In this document: positions 51,621-61,906 of the stretch, one piece after another | Numbering within the stretch: position 1 is the stretch's first letter | How the letters are laid out: every line of letters starts with the position of its first letter | NCBI GenBank assembly: GCA_038245295.1 | Contig: JBBRSP010000029.1 | Location: 1-64,000 of the forward strand | Direction: 5' to 3' | Length of the DNA stretch: 64,000 bases | DNA from: Candidatus Binatia bacterium | GTDB taxonomy: Bacteria > Desulfobacterota > Binatia > HRBIN30 | Notes under the pieces: generated by a model | What the model was told of the DNA's origin: nothing | The model's input: the letters and a program-made list of their open reading frames with translations, nothing else | Databases searched by the model: none | Position numbers and translations under genes: made by a program

Positions 51621-52814
51621 ATGGATTCGACTCAGCTGCTGCGGATCTCGCCCCGACCTTTACCCACCAAATCATCGCGCACACCACCGGAGCTGACAGA
51701 GCTCGTGGAGCGTCTCTACGATGCCGCCGTCGCTCCCGGGTTGTGGTCGGATGCAATCACTCATCTCGCTGCGGCACTGCGCGGCGCGGCGGTGCTGCTG
51801 CACTTGCGCTTCCCACACGCCGACGATCCGGGCTGTGCCGTCGCCTGCGGCATCGGCCCCACCTATGTGGCTCGTTACTCCGCCGAGTTCGCCGCGAACG
51901 ATCCGTTTCTCGAGCCCGCCTGTGACATTGCGACAGGCGCCGTTGTGGCCATGGGCGACGTGCTCGGCGCCAAAGATCTGAGCACGAATCCCTTCTATGA
52001 GCATTGGATGCAGCCGCAAAGACTACTGCCAACCGGTGGATTCGTCAGCGTCATCACCCGGCATCGCGAGCAGCCGCACACGACCCTGCACGTCTTCGAG
52101 AAGTGGGGCGGATCACGCCTCGATAAACGCGCCGTCGACCTGCTGCGCGCCTTGTTGCCTCACCTCCGGCGCGCCGCCGTCATCAGCGATGCCTTGCAAC
52201 AGGAGTCGGCGCGGCGGCAAGCCTTGGAGCACCTGCTCAACCGCGGCCCCCTGGCGGTGTTTCTCGTCGATCCACGTCGACAGGTGTTGTCGGCCAACGA
52301 GCAAGCCAAGTACCTCCTGTCGCTCGGCGATGGCATCGAGGTTGGCAACGACGGATTGCAGGGCGTGGGACCCGATGGTGCCGCTGCTCTAGCAGCGGCG
52401 ATCGAAGCTGTCCGGCGTGGTTCCGGTGATCAGGTTCTGAGACTGTCGCGCCAGGGCGAACGCCGCGCGCTGATGGTGGTGGTCACACAGCCACCTGGCA
52501 TTGCGGCCGACGCTGAAGTCCCGGCGACACCTGTCGCATTGATCGTTGCCGATCCGGAGCAGCGCGGCGCTGTGCCGATAGCACACCTGCAATCCCTCTT
52601 CGGGTTTACGCCGGCGGAAGCGCGGGCTGCTTGGCTCATTGGCCACGGGCTCCGTATAGACGAAGTCGCCGGGCGCCTCGGGGTTCGAATCGAAACGGTC
52701 CGGGCCCACCTGAAGCAGATCTTCGACAAAGCCGGTGTTTCGCGACAAGCAGAGCTGGTGCGCCTCCTGCTGAGCAGCCCGATTGTCCTGGCGCAGCCGT
52801 GGGCTCGCGGTTAG
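51621..52814 (+). CDS. LuxR-type HTH transcriptional regulator with GAF/PAS-like N-terminus
   Basis: LVERLYDAA...LLPHLRRA..., C-terminal FTPAEAR...ETVRAHLKQIFDKAGVSRQAELV. Confidence 0.87.
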   Translation: MDSTQLLRISPRPLPTKSSRTPPELTELVERLYDAAVAPGLWSDAITHLAAALRGAAVLLHLRFPHADDPGCAVACGIGPTYVARYSAEFAANDPFLEPACDIATGAVVAMGDVLGAKDLSTNPFYEHWMQPQRLLPTGGFVSVITRHREQPHTTLHVFEKWGGSRLDKRAVDLLRALLPHLRRAAVISDALQQESARRQALEHLLNRGPLAVFLVDPRRQVLSANEQAKYLLSLGDGIEVGNDGLQGVGPDGAAALAAAIEAVRRGSGDQVLRLSRQGERRALMVVVTQPPGIAADAEVPATPVALIVADPEQRGAVPIAHLQSLFGFTPAEARAAWLIGHGLRIDEVAGRLGVRIETVRAHLKQIFDKAGVSRQAELVRLLLSSPIVLAQPWARG

Positions 52815-52888
52815 CCGTCGGCGTGACTTGGGCCAGAGTAGTGTTTCCGGAGCCCTCGAAGATGAGCCGCTGCGGGGATCGAACTATT

Positions 52889-55800
52889 TCAACGGACAGC
52901 CAAGCAACTAGCGTAGACCGTCGGTGGATGATCCAACCCATCGTCGAGCGTTAGACTTCCGGAGGCGCCGTAGCTGACGGAGACCGTGGTCGCGGCCGTG
53001 GCAATGCCCAGGGTACCGGCTTCAAAACATGGCTTGTCGACGGCAAAGACGAGGGACGAAGAAGATTCGATACGTGCTTCGCCACCGAGCGATTCACTGA
53101 CCGCCGTCCCGTCGAGCTGGATCGTCTTTGCCAGGCGATCCCATACGACGGTGAGATTGCGCAGCTCTGCCTGGACCTCCACTGCCGGGCTCGTAAACTC
53201 ATCCCTTACTCGCACACGGCCGTTAAGGGTCACGCTCAGCGTCCCCGGATCGCAGGTTGGCATAAGCTGGAATGCGGAAAGACTGACGTCGGATTGCAGC
53301 GAATCCGTCGTCACCTCGAGGCGGCCGCCGTCCGGCAGCACTATGCTGAAGGGCCCGTTCAGGATTGCGCTGACGCTGCGCAATCGGCACGGGCTTGGCC
53401 CGAAGCCGAACCGCGTAACGGTCAGATTTTGGCCGAGCAGCATCGTGAACGCGGGGCTCCCATCGCTGAACTGAACGTCGGCGTTCATCGCCAAATTGAA
53501 GAGCACGTTCGACGGTAAGATCACGCTAGGACACAGCCCAACGGCGGTCAGGGTGGCCTTCCCTTGGAGTAAGGCCGTGCCCTCGGTGGCTGCTACCGTA
53601 CAGGCGGCCATTTCGATCGGGATGCGGATGGCATCGGAGCTCGACTCGACACACTCGCTGGAGAAGTTGCCACTGAGATCGCAGCGGTCCGACGAACCGG
53701 CGAAGGAGAAGACCGCGGCCACGATGGGCTCGAGGCCCGGCAGCGTCGCGATGGCTCGCACCAGGGTCTGCGCCGCGCCGGCAATACCCAGAGGACTCGG
53801 CGGACAGCCGAACGCGGCAACCTCGACCGCGACGACAATCTCATCGATTGTAATGCGTTGGTCGCCGTTCCGATCACCCGCCGTGCAGGCGGGAGCCGTG
53901 TCGGTGATCGCTGCGTTGACCAGGCCGACGAGCTCATCAATAGTGACGGTACCCGACATATCGCAGTCGCCAGGGCAGAGCGCCGCACTTGCGCGAGCCG
54001 ACCCCAGTGACAGCAATGCAAGTCCAAGCAACCCCAGCCGGGCAGGAAGGCGTCGCGTCGCGACTCGCCGTGCCACCTTCACGCGGCCGGTCACGCGACG
54101 CCGATACAGTCGGCTCAAGAGAAGCAGGGTGAGCCCGAAGCTTAGGAATGGCGGCGCGGTATCGTCGACGTCGCCGATCGCGCACCCGGAAGTCGAGCCC
54201 GCCGCCACGGTGCGTGTCGAAGTCGATTCGCGACCTAGTGTTGGCGTTGGTGTCGGTGTTGGTGTCGCCGAAACCGCGATGGCTCCCTGGCAAGCATCAC
54301 CCACGCCGTCTTGGTTGCTGTCGCGCTGGTCGATGTTGGCGACACTCGGGCAATTGTCGAAGGGATCGGTGATCTCGTCGCCATCAAGGTCGGCCGCCGT
54401 AGCGACACTGATTACGCCATCGGCGGTTACGTTGGCGAAGACGGTATCGGCGGCAGCGAGAGGGCTGACCAGTCGTTGGATGGCGCGCGACTCATCGTTG
54501 CACGTCGCCGGAGCCTGACAGTCCGAATCGCTCCGGCAGACACCCTGGCGCTCAACGCACAAGCCACGTCCGGGAATATGCGTCGGCACACAGAAGGTGT
54601 TCGGACCGCACGGTTGATCAGCGAACTCCGGGTCGCAGCTGACCGTGGTGGGACGCAGACAGTAGCCGGGTGGGACGAAACATGTGGCGTCGAGGCGACC
54701 ACAGTCAGCCGGGGACGAGCAGGCGCGGCCGTTGTCGCTACACACGCCGGCACTGACCGAGCCGATCGAGGTGACGGTTCCGTGGTCACCCGGCATTTGC
54801 GGGTGGAAGCGACTCGTCGTCATGGCTGCGCCGCGGCGTTGGTCGCGCGCGTTGTAGGTTTGTAAGACGAGATCCTGACGATCGCCGTCGTCATTCAAGT
54901 CGGCATTTTGATCCGACTCGAGGGTCAGAAAGGTGACCGTGTTGTCGGTGACGCGGTATGGTTGGCGTGGATCGCAAGCCTCGAGGCGGCAGGGAATCGC
55001 CGCCTGACCGGTGTTGGTGAGATGCTGTGACTCCAGATCATACACTTCCATCACCGCATCATTCGTGTCGCCGTCGCCGTTCAGGTCGGCCTTACCGTCC
55101 CCCGCTTCGATCGTCCGGAACGCAAGCAGCTTCGACGAGAGAACGAAGTCGTCGGTGGTCGCGTCAATGGCGATGAGGCGGGAGGCTTCCGCGTCGTAAA
55201 GTTCGATGAAGTGCGCGACGTGCAAGTCGTGGAGGTCGGCACCCTCGGTGTGGCGGAATGCGTTGCGCAGAAAGGCAATCCAACGCCCGTTGGCGGCGAG
55301 TTGGCTCGCGGAGCGCTGGAGGTTGGTCCAGTGCGTGGGCTGGCTCAGCGGTGCGACATGGACGACAAGGTCGTCCGTGTTGCCGTTCTCGTCGAGATCC
55401 TGCTTTCCCTGTGCGGCCTCGGAGACCAAGGCGGCGATCCACCCATCCGTTAGTACGACGCTGGTGGCAGCCATGCCGAGATTGACGGGCGGCGCCGAGC
55501 TGGCGAGGTCGACCAAATGCACGACCTGATCCAGGCTGTCGCCATCGCCGTTCAGGTCGATTCCGTCTTCGGGGACCAGCAGGGCGGCGATCGTTCCGTG
55601 GATCGCTACGATGGTCGCCGAGCCAAATCCGCGCGGCGGTGTCTGGGGATTATGAGTGTCGAAGACGCGGAGCACGGTGTCGTTCAGATCGCCATCGCCG
55701 TTGAGATCGCCTTGGAGGGCAAGCGGATCGGGTTCTGAGACGAATACCTGGGAGCAGGGAACCCCACTCGTCCCGTCGCAGCCCGATGCCAGATTGGTCA

Positions 55801-58759
55801 GGTTCGTGGCGTCGCTCTCAAACGCAACGGTCTGGCCATTGCCGCTGATCGACGCATGACGCGAGGCGCCGTTCGGGTCACTCTCGTTCGGCGCCAGGCT
55901 GACACGCCGCGTGTACCCAGTAACTCGATCGTGCACGAACACGTCGGGGCAGTTTTCCGCCGCCACACCATCGAGATCGTTGTCACACAGATTGTTCGAA
56001 TCGCCGGGCACCAGATTGGAAGCGCGGCTGGTGAACGCCACAAAGCGTCCGTCGTCGGATATTGACATGAACTGGTCGGTGGAAGCGCCATCGGCCTGGG
56101 CACCTTCCGAACTCACGCTGACCCGGCTGGTCGTACCGGCCGTGCGATCGCGTAAGAAAACGTCGAGTACGCCGTTGGTATCCCCGGGTACGAGATTGGT
56201 TGCGGCACTGACGAAGGCGAGGTAACGGCCATCGGCTGACAGCGCCGGACTGAACGAGTGGTTGTTCCCCTGCTCCATGGTGGAGCTGACGCTGGCCAGT
56301 TCGAGGATGTCGTGGTCGCGGACGGTGACGTCGGCGCAACTTGTCGACGTCGTGCCGAGGTTGAGGCAGAAACTATTGTTGTCATGCGACGCGAAATTCT
56401 TATCGAGGGTGCTGATGGCGAAGACGCGTGAGGTCGCGTCCATGGCCGGAGGCTGGGCTATTGCCGGTGCCTCGATCGGCCCGTCGCCGACGTTCTTGGT
56501 CAAGAGGGTGATCCGCGGGCGGATGTCGAGGCCGTCGCCGAACGGGTCCCTCAGCGTCAGCCAGCCCCGCAGTTCCGTGCCGATGAGCAGATTGAGATCC
56601 ACGAGGTCATTTGATCGCGACAGATAGGCGACGGCCGAGCCATCGGCGGACATGCTGGGAAAGGAAGAGTTCGCGCCGCCCAGGTGGCCCGCATGCTCGA
56701 GGAACATAGAGCGGCTCATAGCGGCGGAGCGCACGGTCCCGGGCTCGTCGAAAATCCCGTTGCCGTCGCTGTCGCGGTCGATGGCGAAAACCTGGGTGAC
56801 CCCAGCGATGTCGGTGACCGTCACGGCGACGTGCCGGCCGGTGGTCGAGAGCGATGGCTGAGACGACAAGGTTCCGGAGGGGACATCCGCGTCACTGACG
56901 GTCAAAGCCACGGTGCGGCCATCCGCCAGGGCACGCACGAAGGAGCGCGCACCCGTCTCGCTGGTCTGGGTCGGTACAAGGTTGTTGGCGCGGCTTTCGA
57001 AAGCAACCTGGCGGCCGTCCTTGGACAGCCAGGGTCGCTGCGATGCGCCATCGGCAGGCGTCCCATCGGACGCCATGCTTGCCTGACGCACGACATGGCG
57101 GACATCGGCTCCCTCGGCGGTGCGAAAGTAGAGGAGACCATGCTGCAGCACGAGGCTGCGTCCGTTCAGCACCGGCGCCGCGTCGACGCCGAGGGCCTGT
57201 CCGGCGGTCAGCTCGACGGCTGCTGTGTCCGTGAGCTGAAAGACGCGCAAGATCGTGTCGAAGGAATCACCGTCGTGGTTGGCGTCTTCGTGTCCCTGAT
57301 GCGGCTCGGCTTCGAGAAAGGCGACGATGTCGTTCTCGGCGACCACGGCTGGGAAACTGAAGGGCTCTTCGTGAATGCGCGCCGCGGCGCGTCCGGGCGC
57401 CGCGGTTCCCAACGGCTGCTGCACACCGGTGTGACGGTTAGCGAGCAGAACCACGTCGTCGAGGGAATCGCCGTCGCCGTTGAGGTCCTTGCCTTCGATG
57501 GATTCGGGCACCACCGTGATGAAAAGATCACGCGCCTCGATGAGCGCATCGAGAGGCACCGGATCACCGGCCTCCAGGCGATAACCAACACAACGCGAGG
57601 CGGGACAGCCGGCGTCCGTGTCGCAGCGGCTGCCGTTGTTCTGGCAGGCGCCGGCGCCGAAGCGCGGGATGAGGACCGGCCCGACGTTGTTGTGAAAGCG
57701 TGAGGTGAAATCAAAAATGGGATCGCCGCAACTACCTTCGGCGCATGGCTGGCGCCGCGCGATGCGCAGTACCGTCTCTTCGGCGTCTGCCGAACCGAAG
57801 AGGCTCAGTTCGTTCGGTGCGTCCGGGTTGGCGCGCGGCTCGAAGATCGGCGGGAGACTTCCGCCTTCGGGGGCATACGAATGCAGGAAGCTCAGGTCGG
57901 GAATACGGATAGGCTCGGCGCTGTTCGGGAATGCCGGAAAGGCGCTGCTACCGCGCAGCAGGCGCGCGATCGGGATGCGGTCGCCCAGCAGGATGCCACG
58001 CCAGTCCATCGGCAGCAGAAGGTTGCCGTCGCGGTCCGTCGTGAAGCGAATCTCCGTCGCCCGTCCGGTGCAAGGCGGATTCGGTATGGCGCAAAGGTCC
58101 TGATAGCTGTTGGGAGGTGGCAGGGCCGTGAAAGAGGTAAACTGGGGGTGCGGAGTGTCTCCGCAGGTACCGTCGATGGCGTAAAGTTCATCGACGCACG
58201 CGGCGACCGTGGTCATCCCACGGCAACTCGTTGTGGCCAGAGAACAGGGCAGCGGCTCGCCTTGAGCGGTGACGGCAATCGCCGCGGGGCCGGCGAGGGT
58301 ACGATCGTCATCGGTCGCGTCCAACAATCTGTCGGTATCGGGGAAGGGGAACCGCAGTCGCCCGGCCTCGAGAGTCGCCACCGGCGCGCTGACACAGGTG
58401 GGATGGATCCCAGCAGTTGTCTCGCAGGCGTTCAGCTCAGCAGTGATGGCGCCGCAGTCTGGCGTCAGGACGACGAGGTTTGGCGGCCCCGCGGGTGGCT
58501 TGAAGGCGACGGTGACGACGGCCGCCGCCGGAAAGGCGCGTCCGACGTCACAGGTTGGGCTGAGCCGCATGTCGATCGGTTCGCCGGGGCTCGCGAAGGG
58601 ACGGTTGATGATGCCGCGCGCCGCACGGAACGAGTTGGTAACGCCGGGAATCTGATTGCAACTGGCGGCCGCCACGTGGGCCAGAACCAGGCCCAGCGCC
58701 ACCGCTGTCGCGATCCGGATTGTTCGACTCAAAACTTCTAACTGCAAAACCCGCTTCAC
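52889..58759 (-). CDS. Large secreted protein: Ca-binding DLNGDGD repeats, TolB-like propeller, Cys-rich repeats, TSP3 repeat, PT linker, internal sorting signal, dockerin-like CxGDC domain
   Basis: N-terminal signal peptide; SADGRYLAFVSAATNLVPGDTNG repeats; DNCPSVANIDQRDSNQDGVGDAC; TPTPTPTP; SGC...LLLLSRLYRRR; CPGDC...VTIDELV. Confidence 0.82.
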   Translation of the reverse strand: MKRVLQLEVLSRTIRIATAVALGLVLAHVAAASCNQIPGVTNSFRAARGIINRPFASPGEPIDMRLSPTCDVGRAFPAAAVVTVAFKPPAGPPNLVVLTPDCGAITAELNACETTAGIHPTCVSAPVATLEAGRLRFPFPDTDRLLDATDDDRTLAGPAAIAVTAQGEPLPCSLATTSCRGMTTVAACVDELYAIDGTCGDTPHPQFTSFTALPPPNSYQDLCAIPNPPCTGRATEIRFTTDRDGNLLLPMDWRGILLGDRIPIARLLRGSSAFPAFPNSAEPIRIPDLSFLHSYAPEGGSLPPIFEPRANPDAPNELSLFGSADAEETVLRIARRQPCAEGSCGDPIFDFTSRFHNNVGPVLIPRFGAGACQNNGSRCDTDAGCPASRCVGYRLEAGDPVPLDALIEARDLFITVVPESIEGKDLNGDGDSLDDVVLLANRHTGVQQPLGTAAPGRAAARIHEEPFSFPAVVAENDIVAFLEAEPHQGHEDANHDGDSFDTILRVFQLTDTAAVELTAGQALGVDAAPVLNGRSLVLQHGLLYFRTAEGADVRHVVRQASMASDGTPADGASQRPWLSKDGRQVAFESRANNLVPTQTSETGARSFVRALADGRTVALTVSDADVPSGTLSSQPSLSTTGRHVAVTVTDIAGVTQVFAIDRDSDGNGIFDEPGTVRSAAMSRSMFLEHAGHLGGANSSFPSMSADGSAVAYLSRSNDLVDLNLLIGTELRGWLTLRDPFGDGLDIRPRITLLTKNVGDGPIEAPAIAQPPAMDATSRVFAISTLDKNFASHDNNSFCLNLGTTSTSCADVTVRDHDILELASVSSTMEQGNNHSFSPALSADGRYLAFVSAATNLVPGDTNGVLDVFLRDRTAGTTSRVSVSSEGAQADGASTDQFMSISDDGRFVAFTSRASNLVPGDSNNLCDNDLDGVAAENCPDVFVHDRVTGYTRRVSLAPNESDPNGASRHASISGNGQTVAFESDATNLTNLASGCDGTSGVPCSQVFVSEPDPLALQGDLNGDGDLNDTVLRVFDTHNPQTPPRGFGSATIVAIHGTIAALLVPEDGIDLNGDGDSLDQVVHLVDLASSAPPVNLGMAATSVVLTDGWIAALVSEAAQGKQDLDENGNTDDLVVHVAPLSQPTHWTNLQRSASQLAANGRWIAFLRNAFRHTEGADLHDLHVAHFIELYDAEASRLIAIDATTDDFVLSSKLLAFRTIEAGDGKADLNGDGDTNDAVMEVYDLESQHLTNTGQAAIPCRLEACDPRQPYRVTDNTVTFLTLESDQNADLNDDGDRQDLVLQTYNARDQRRGAAMTTSRFHPQMPGDHGTVTSIGSVSAGVCSDNGRACSSPADCGRLDATCFVPPGYCLRPTTVSCDPEFADQPCGPNTFCVPTHIPGRGLCVERQGVCRSDSDCQAPATCNDESRAIQRLVSPLAAADTVFANVTADGVISVATAADLDGDEITDPFDNCPSVANIDQRDSNQDGVGDACQGAIAVSATPTPTPTPTLGRESTSTRTVAAGSTSGCAIGDVDDTAPPFLSFGLTLLLLSRLYRRRVTGRVKVARRVATRRLPARLGLLGLALLSLGSARASAALCPGDCDMSGTVTIDELVGLVNAAITDTAPACTAGDRNGDQRITIDEIVVAVEVAAFGCPPSPLGIAGAAQTLVRAIATLPGLEPIVAAVFSFAGSSDRCDLSGNFSSECVESSSDAIRIPIEMAACTVAATEGTALLQGKATLTAVGLCPSVILPSNVLFNLAMNADVQFSDGSPAFTMLLGQNLTVTRFGFGPSPCRLRSVSAILNGPFSIVLPDGGRLEVTTDSLQSDVSLSAFQLMPTCDPGTLSVTLNGRVRVRDEFTSPAVEVQAELRNLTVVWDRLAKTIQLDGTAVSESLGGEARIESSSSLVFAVDKPCFEAGTLGIATAATTVSVSYGASGSLTLDDGLDHPPTVYASCLAVR

Positions 58760-58883
58760 CCCACTGTTGCCGGTGTCTCATCTCATACAATTGGGCCGAC
58801 CGCTATACCGCAGACGGGTTAGGCGGCGGTTGGCCTCGCGGGGCTTTGCACATCAACTCGCGTCGGAGCATGCCGCAGGCTGA

Positions 58884-59054
58884 GGGGGTGTCTCACAACT
58901 TAGGCTCACCCTTCGTCTTTCGACAAGCTCAGGATGAGCGGAGATCAGGGCGAGCGGAAAAATGTCTTTGCAAATCAACCAAGCACGCGCTCATGGTGAG
59001 CTCGTCGAACCATGAGCCTGTCGAAGCCGGCTCAGCAGGTCTTGAGGCGCCCTC
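58884..59054. repeat. REP doublet within a degenerate MITE-like element
   Basis: TTCGACAAGCTCAGGATGAGCG (58919-58940) inverted to CGCTCATGGTGAGCTCGTCGAA (58988-59009), 19/22 match. Degenerate ends GGGGGTGTCTCA / TGAGGCGCCCTC. Confidence 0.55.
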
Positions 59055-59121
59055 TGAAAGCGCGCCGTCTGCCGGGCATCCCGTGCGGGCCGGTGGAACC
59101 GATCGGCTGGCGCCGTTGCGG

Positions 59122-60519
59122 TCAGCCGATCGGTGGCCGCCGCTTATGCCACGGCGTCGCCACCTCATACGCACTGCCAATTTGGCAAAGCATCGCCTCG
59201 CCGAACTGCGGCCCAACCAGCTGCAGGCCGTGCGGCACACCTGTGGGTGTGAAGCCGGACGGCACCGACAGCGTCGGGTTGCCGCTCAGGTTGAACGGCG
59301 CGGTGAAGCGGCCAAAGGTGTTGAAGTCGGGATCATAGTCCCCGTAGATGTCGACAACCTCGGCCGGCGGCGCAGTCAGGAAGGCGCCGACACACAACAA
59401 CGCGTCGGCCTGCTCGAACACGGATTGGAACGACTCGCGAAAATTGAGCCGCGCTAGATGGGCCTTGGCGTAGTCCTTGGCGCTAAGTTGCGCGGCGTAT
59501 TTGAGAAAGCTTGCGAAGGTCGGCCCGTAGTCGGCGGCGCGTGATGGATAGGTTGCCTCATGCGCCGCCAGGGCTTCGGCGGCGCACAACACCGCCCATG
59601 CCGGCAGGACGTCATCGATGGGCGGCAGGGTTACGGCGACGATCTGTGCGCCCTGGGCCTTGAAGACCTCGATCGCGGCGTAGATCGCCGCCGTGACGTC
59701 GGCGAGGGCACCGCCGCCAACGTATTGCTCGTCGAAGCCGATGCGCACACCCTTCAGGGAGCGCCCAATCGCTGCGGAACATTCCGGCGAACCGGCTCGC
59801 ACCGTCGTGGGATCGGCCGGATCATGTCCGGCGAGTACGTCGAGCATGGCTGCGGCATCAGCGACGCTGCGAGTCATCGGGCCGATGTGATCGAGCGACA
59901 TTCCGAGCGGAAACACGCCGTAACGGCTGACGCGCCCATACGTTGGCTTCAAGCCAACGACGCCACACCAACTCGACGGAAACCGGATCGATCCGCCCGT
60001 GTCGGTGCCCAGCGAACCGAAGCACAGGCCCGCCGCGGTAGCGACGCCCGAGCCGCTCGACGACAAGCCCGGATGGAGTGCCGGATTCCACGGATTCCGC
60101 GGCACCGGCCATCCCGGACTGTAGCCGCTCAGCGCGAACTCGGTCATGTTGAGCTTGCCCAACGTCACGGCGCCTGCCGCGTGTAAACGCGTCACGACGG
60201 TGGCATCGATGTCGGGCCGCCAGCCCGCCAGTATCTTTGACGAACACGTTGTCGGGATGCCCTTGGTAAAGCACAGATCCTTGATACCGATCGGTACGCC
60301 TTGCAGCGGTCCACGATCGATGCCGCGAGCCAACTCCGCGTCCGCGGTGGCGGCCTGCGCCAGCGCCTGCTCCGGAAGGACGGTCAGGTAGCTGTTCAAC
60401 TGCGGATCGAGGCGCTTGATCCGGTCTAGCATCGTGTGTGTGAGCTCGACCGACGAGATCTCGCGGCGGCGCAGCGACGCCGCCACGTCGGTTATTGTTG
60501 CGAACCAGATGTTATCCAA
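59122..60519 (-). CDS. Amidase signature family protein
   Basis: GVPIGIKD, GKLNMTEFA, PGLSSSGS, GTDTGGSIRFPS. TTG start with a GGAGG RBS. Confidence 0.92.
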   Translation of the reverse strand: MDNIWFATITDVAASLRRREISSVELTHTMLDRIKRLDPQLNSYLTVLPEQALAQAATADAELARGIDRGPLQGVPIGIKDLCFTKGIPTTCSSKILAGWRPDIDATVVTRLHAAGAVTLGKLNMTEFALSGYSPGWPVPRNPWNPALHPGLSSSGSGVATAAGLCFGSLGTDTGGSIRFPSSWCGVVGLKPTYGRVSRYGVFPLGMSLDHIGPMTRSVADAAAMLDVLAGHDPADPTTVRAGSPECSAAIGRSLKGVRIGFDEQYVGGGALADVTAAIYAAIEVFKAQGAQIVAVTLPPIDDVLPAWAVLCAAEALAAHEATYPSRAADYGPTFASFLKYAAQLSAKDYAKAHLARLNFRESFQSVFEQADALLCVGAFLTAPPAEVVDIYGDYDPDFNTFGRFTAPFNLSGNPTLSVPSGFTPTGVPHGLQLVGPQFGEAMLCQIGSAYEVATPWHKRRPPIG

Positions 60520-60578
60520 AGAAGACCTCCGATGGGGCCGATGCGACGCACGCGGCCGACCAGGCAATCGCCAACCGC

Positions 60579-61817
60579 CTAGGCCACCCTGACAGGCAAC
60601 TTGCCAAGCACCCTGAACAACGATGCTCCCCACTCGATGTCTGTCGTCGTTCGTTCAATCTTCTTGAAACGCTGCACCAGGCTACCGATCGCTACCTGGG
60701 TTTCCATTCGTGCCAGGTGGGCGCCGAGGCAGAAGTGCACGCCGCCGCCGAAGGCCATGTGGTCGCTGTCGTGGCGCGCGATGTCGAAACGCTCAGGGTT
60801 GGGAAAGTGAGCGGGATCGTGATTGGCGGCGGCGAGCAGACACATCACCGGCGTGTTTGCTGGAATGGTTTTGTCGCCGAAGCGTGTCGCTTCGCGGGTG
60901 ATCCGCACCGTCAGGACGATGGGACCGTCGTAGCGCAGGCATTCCTCTACGGCGCTGTCGATCAGCTGCGGCTGGGCCCTCAGCTTGGTCAGTTGTTCGG
61001 GGTGTTTCATCAACGCCAGTACCCCGTTGCCGATCAAGCCGATCGTCGTTTCGAAGCCGGCGATAAGCAGGCCGACGGATTGCCCAATGAGCTCCACCTC
61101 GCTCAGGCGATCGCCGGCTTCTTCGGCGCGGATGAGGTCGCTGAGAATGTCGTCGCCCAGGTTCTTGCGGCGCTCGGCGATGAGGTCGGTGAAGTAGTTG
61201 GCCAAACTCATGGCACCGACCACCGCGCGTTCAAGCACTTCGGGTGGTTGAAACATGGCGGCAAGCGCGTGGGTGGCGGCAGCCGTCCATCCTGTGAAAC
61301 TCGCGCGATCCGCGAGTGGTACACCCATCATCTCGCAGATCACCGTCGAGGGAACCGGCAGTGCCAGATCGGCAATGATGTCCATCTCGCCACGCTCGGC
61401 GGCGCCGTCGAGCAGCTCGTCGACGAGCCCCTGGACGCGCTGCCGCAGCTGCTCGATCGCTCTCGGGCGGAAGGCCTGGCTCATCAGTTTGCGCAGGCGC
61501 GTGTGGTCGGGAGGATCGACGCGCAGGATGAATTGACCAGGCCCGACACCGGCCCCGATGCCGACGCTGCCGAACGCGGTACCATCTTCAAAGCGCACGC
61601 CGGAGGGCACTTCCTTGAGCATGCGGAGCACGTCGTCGTAGCGCGTCAGACGCCACACCCCGAGCGGCGTCTGGTTGACCGGATCGAACTCGCGTAGGCG
61701 CTTCAAGACAGAATACGGATCGCGGCGGAATTCCGGGCTCAGCGGATTGGCGCCAAGCCAGGGATCACTCTTCCAATAATCCGGCGTCGTCGCCACGTCG
61801 CTACCTTGCGTGTCCAT
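60579..61817 (-). CDS. Cytochrome P450
   Basis: DPPDHTRLRK, AGFETT, EECLR, FGGGVHFCLG. Confidence 0.95.
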   Translation of the reverse strand: MDTQGSDVATTPDYWKSDPWLGANPLSPEFRRDPYSVLKRLREFDPVNQTPLGVWRLTRYDDVLRMLKEVPSGVRFEDGTAFGSVGIGAGVGPGQFILRVDPPDHTRLRKLMSQAFRPRAIEQLRQRVQGLVDELLDGAAERGEMDIIADLALPVPSTVICEMMGVPLADRASFTGWTAAATHALAAMFQPPEVLERAVVGAMSLANYFTDLIAERRKNLGDDILSDLIRAEEAGDRLSEVELIGQSVGLLIAGFETTIGLIGNGVLALMKHPEQLTKLRAQPQLIDSAVEECLRYDGPIVLTVRITREATRFGDKTIPANTPVMCLLAAANHDPAHFPNPERFDIARHDSDHMAFGGGVHFCLGAHLARMETQVAIGSLVQRFKKIERTTTDIEWGASLFRVLGKLPVRVA

Positions 61818-61906
61818 TCAGACCTCCCGTGTCGATGCGTCTACCACAAGCGCTTCGTGGCGCGAGCGGAGTAACCAGTTCTCCACAACACGCACGCCTG
61901 CGATGC

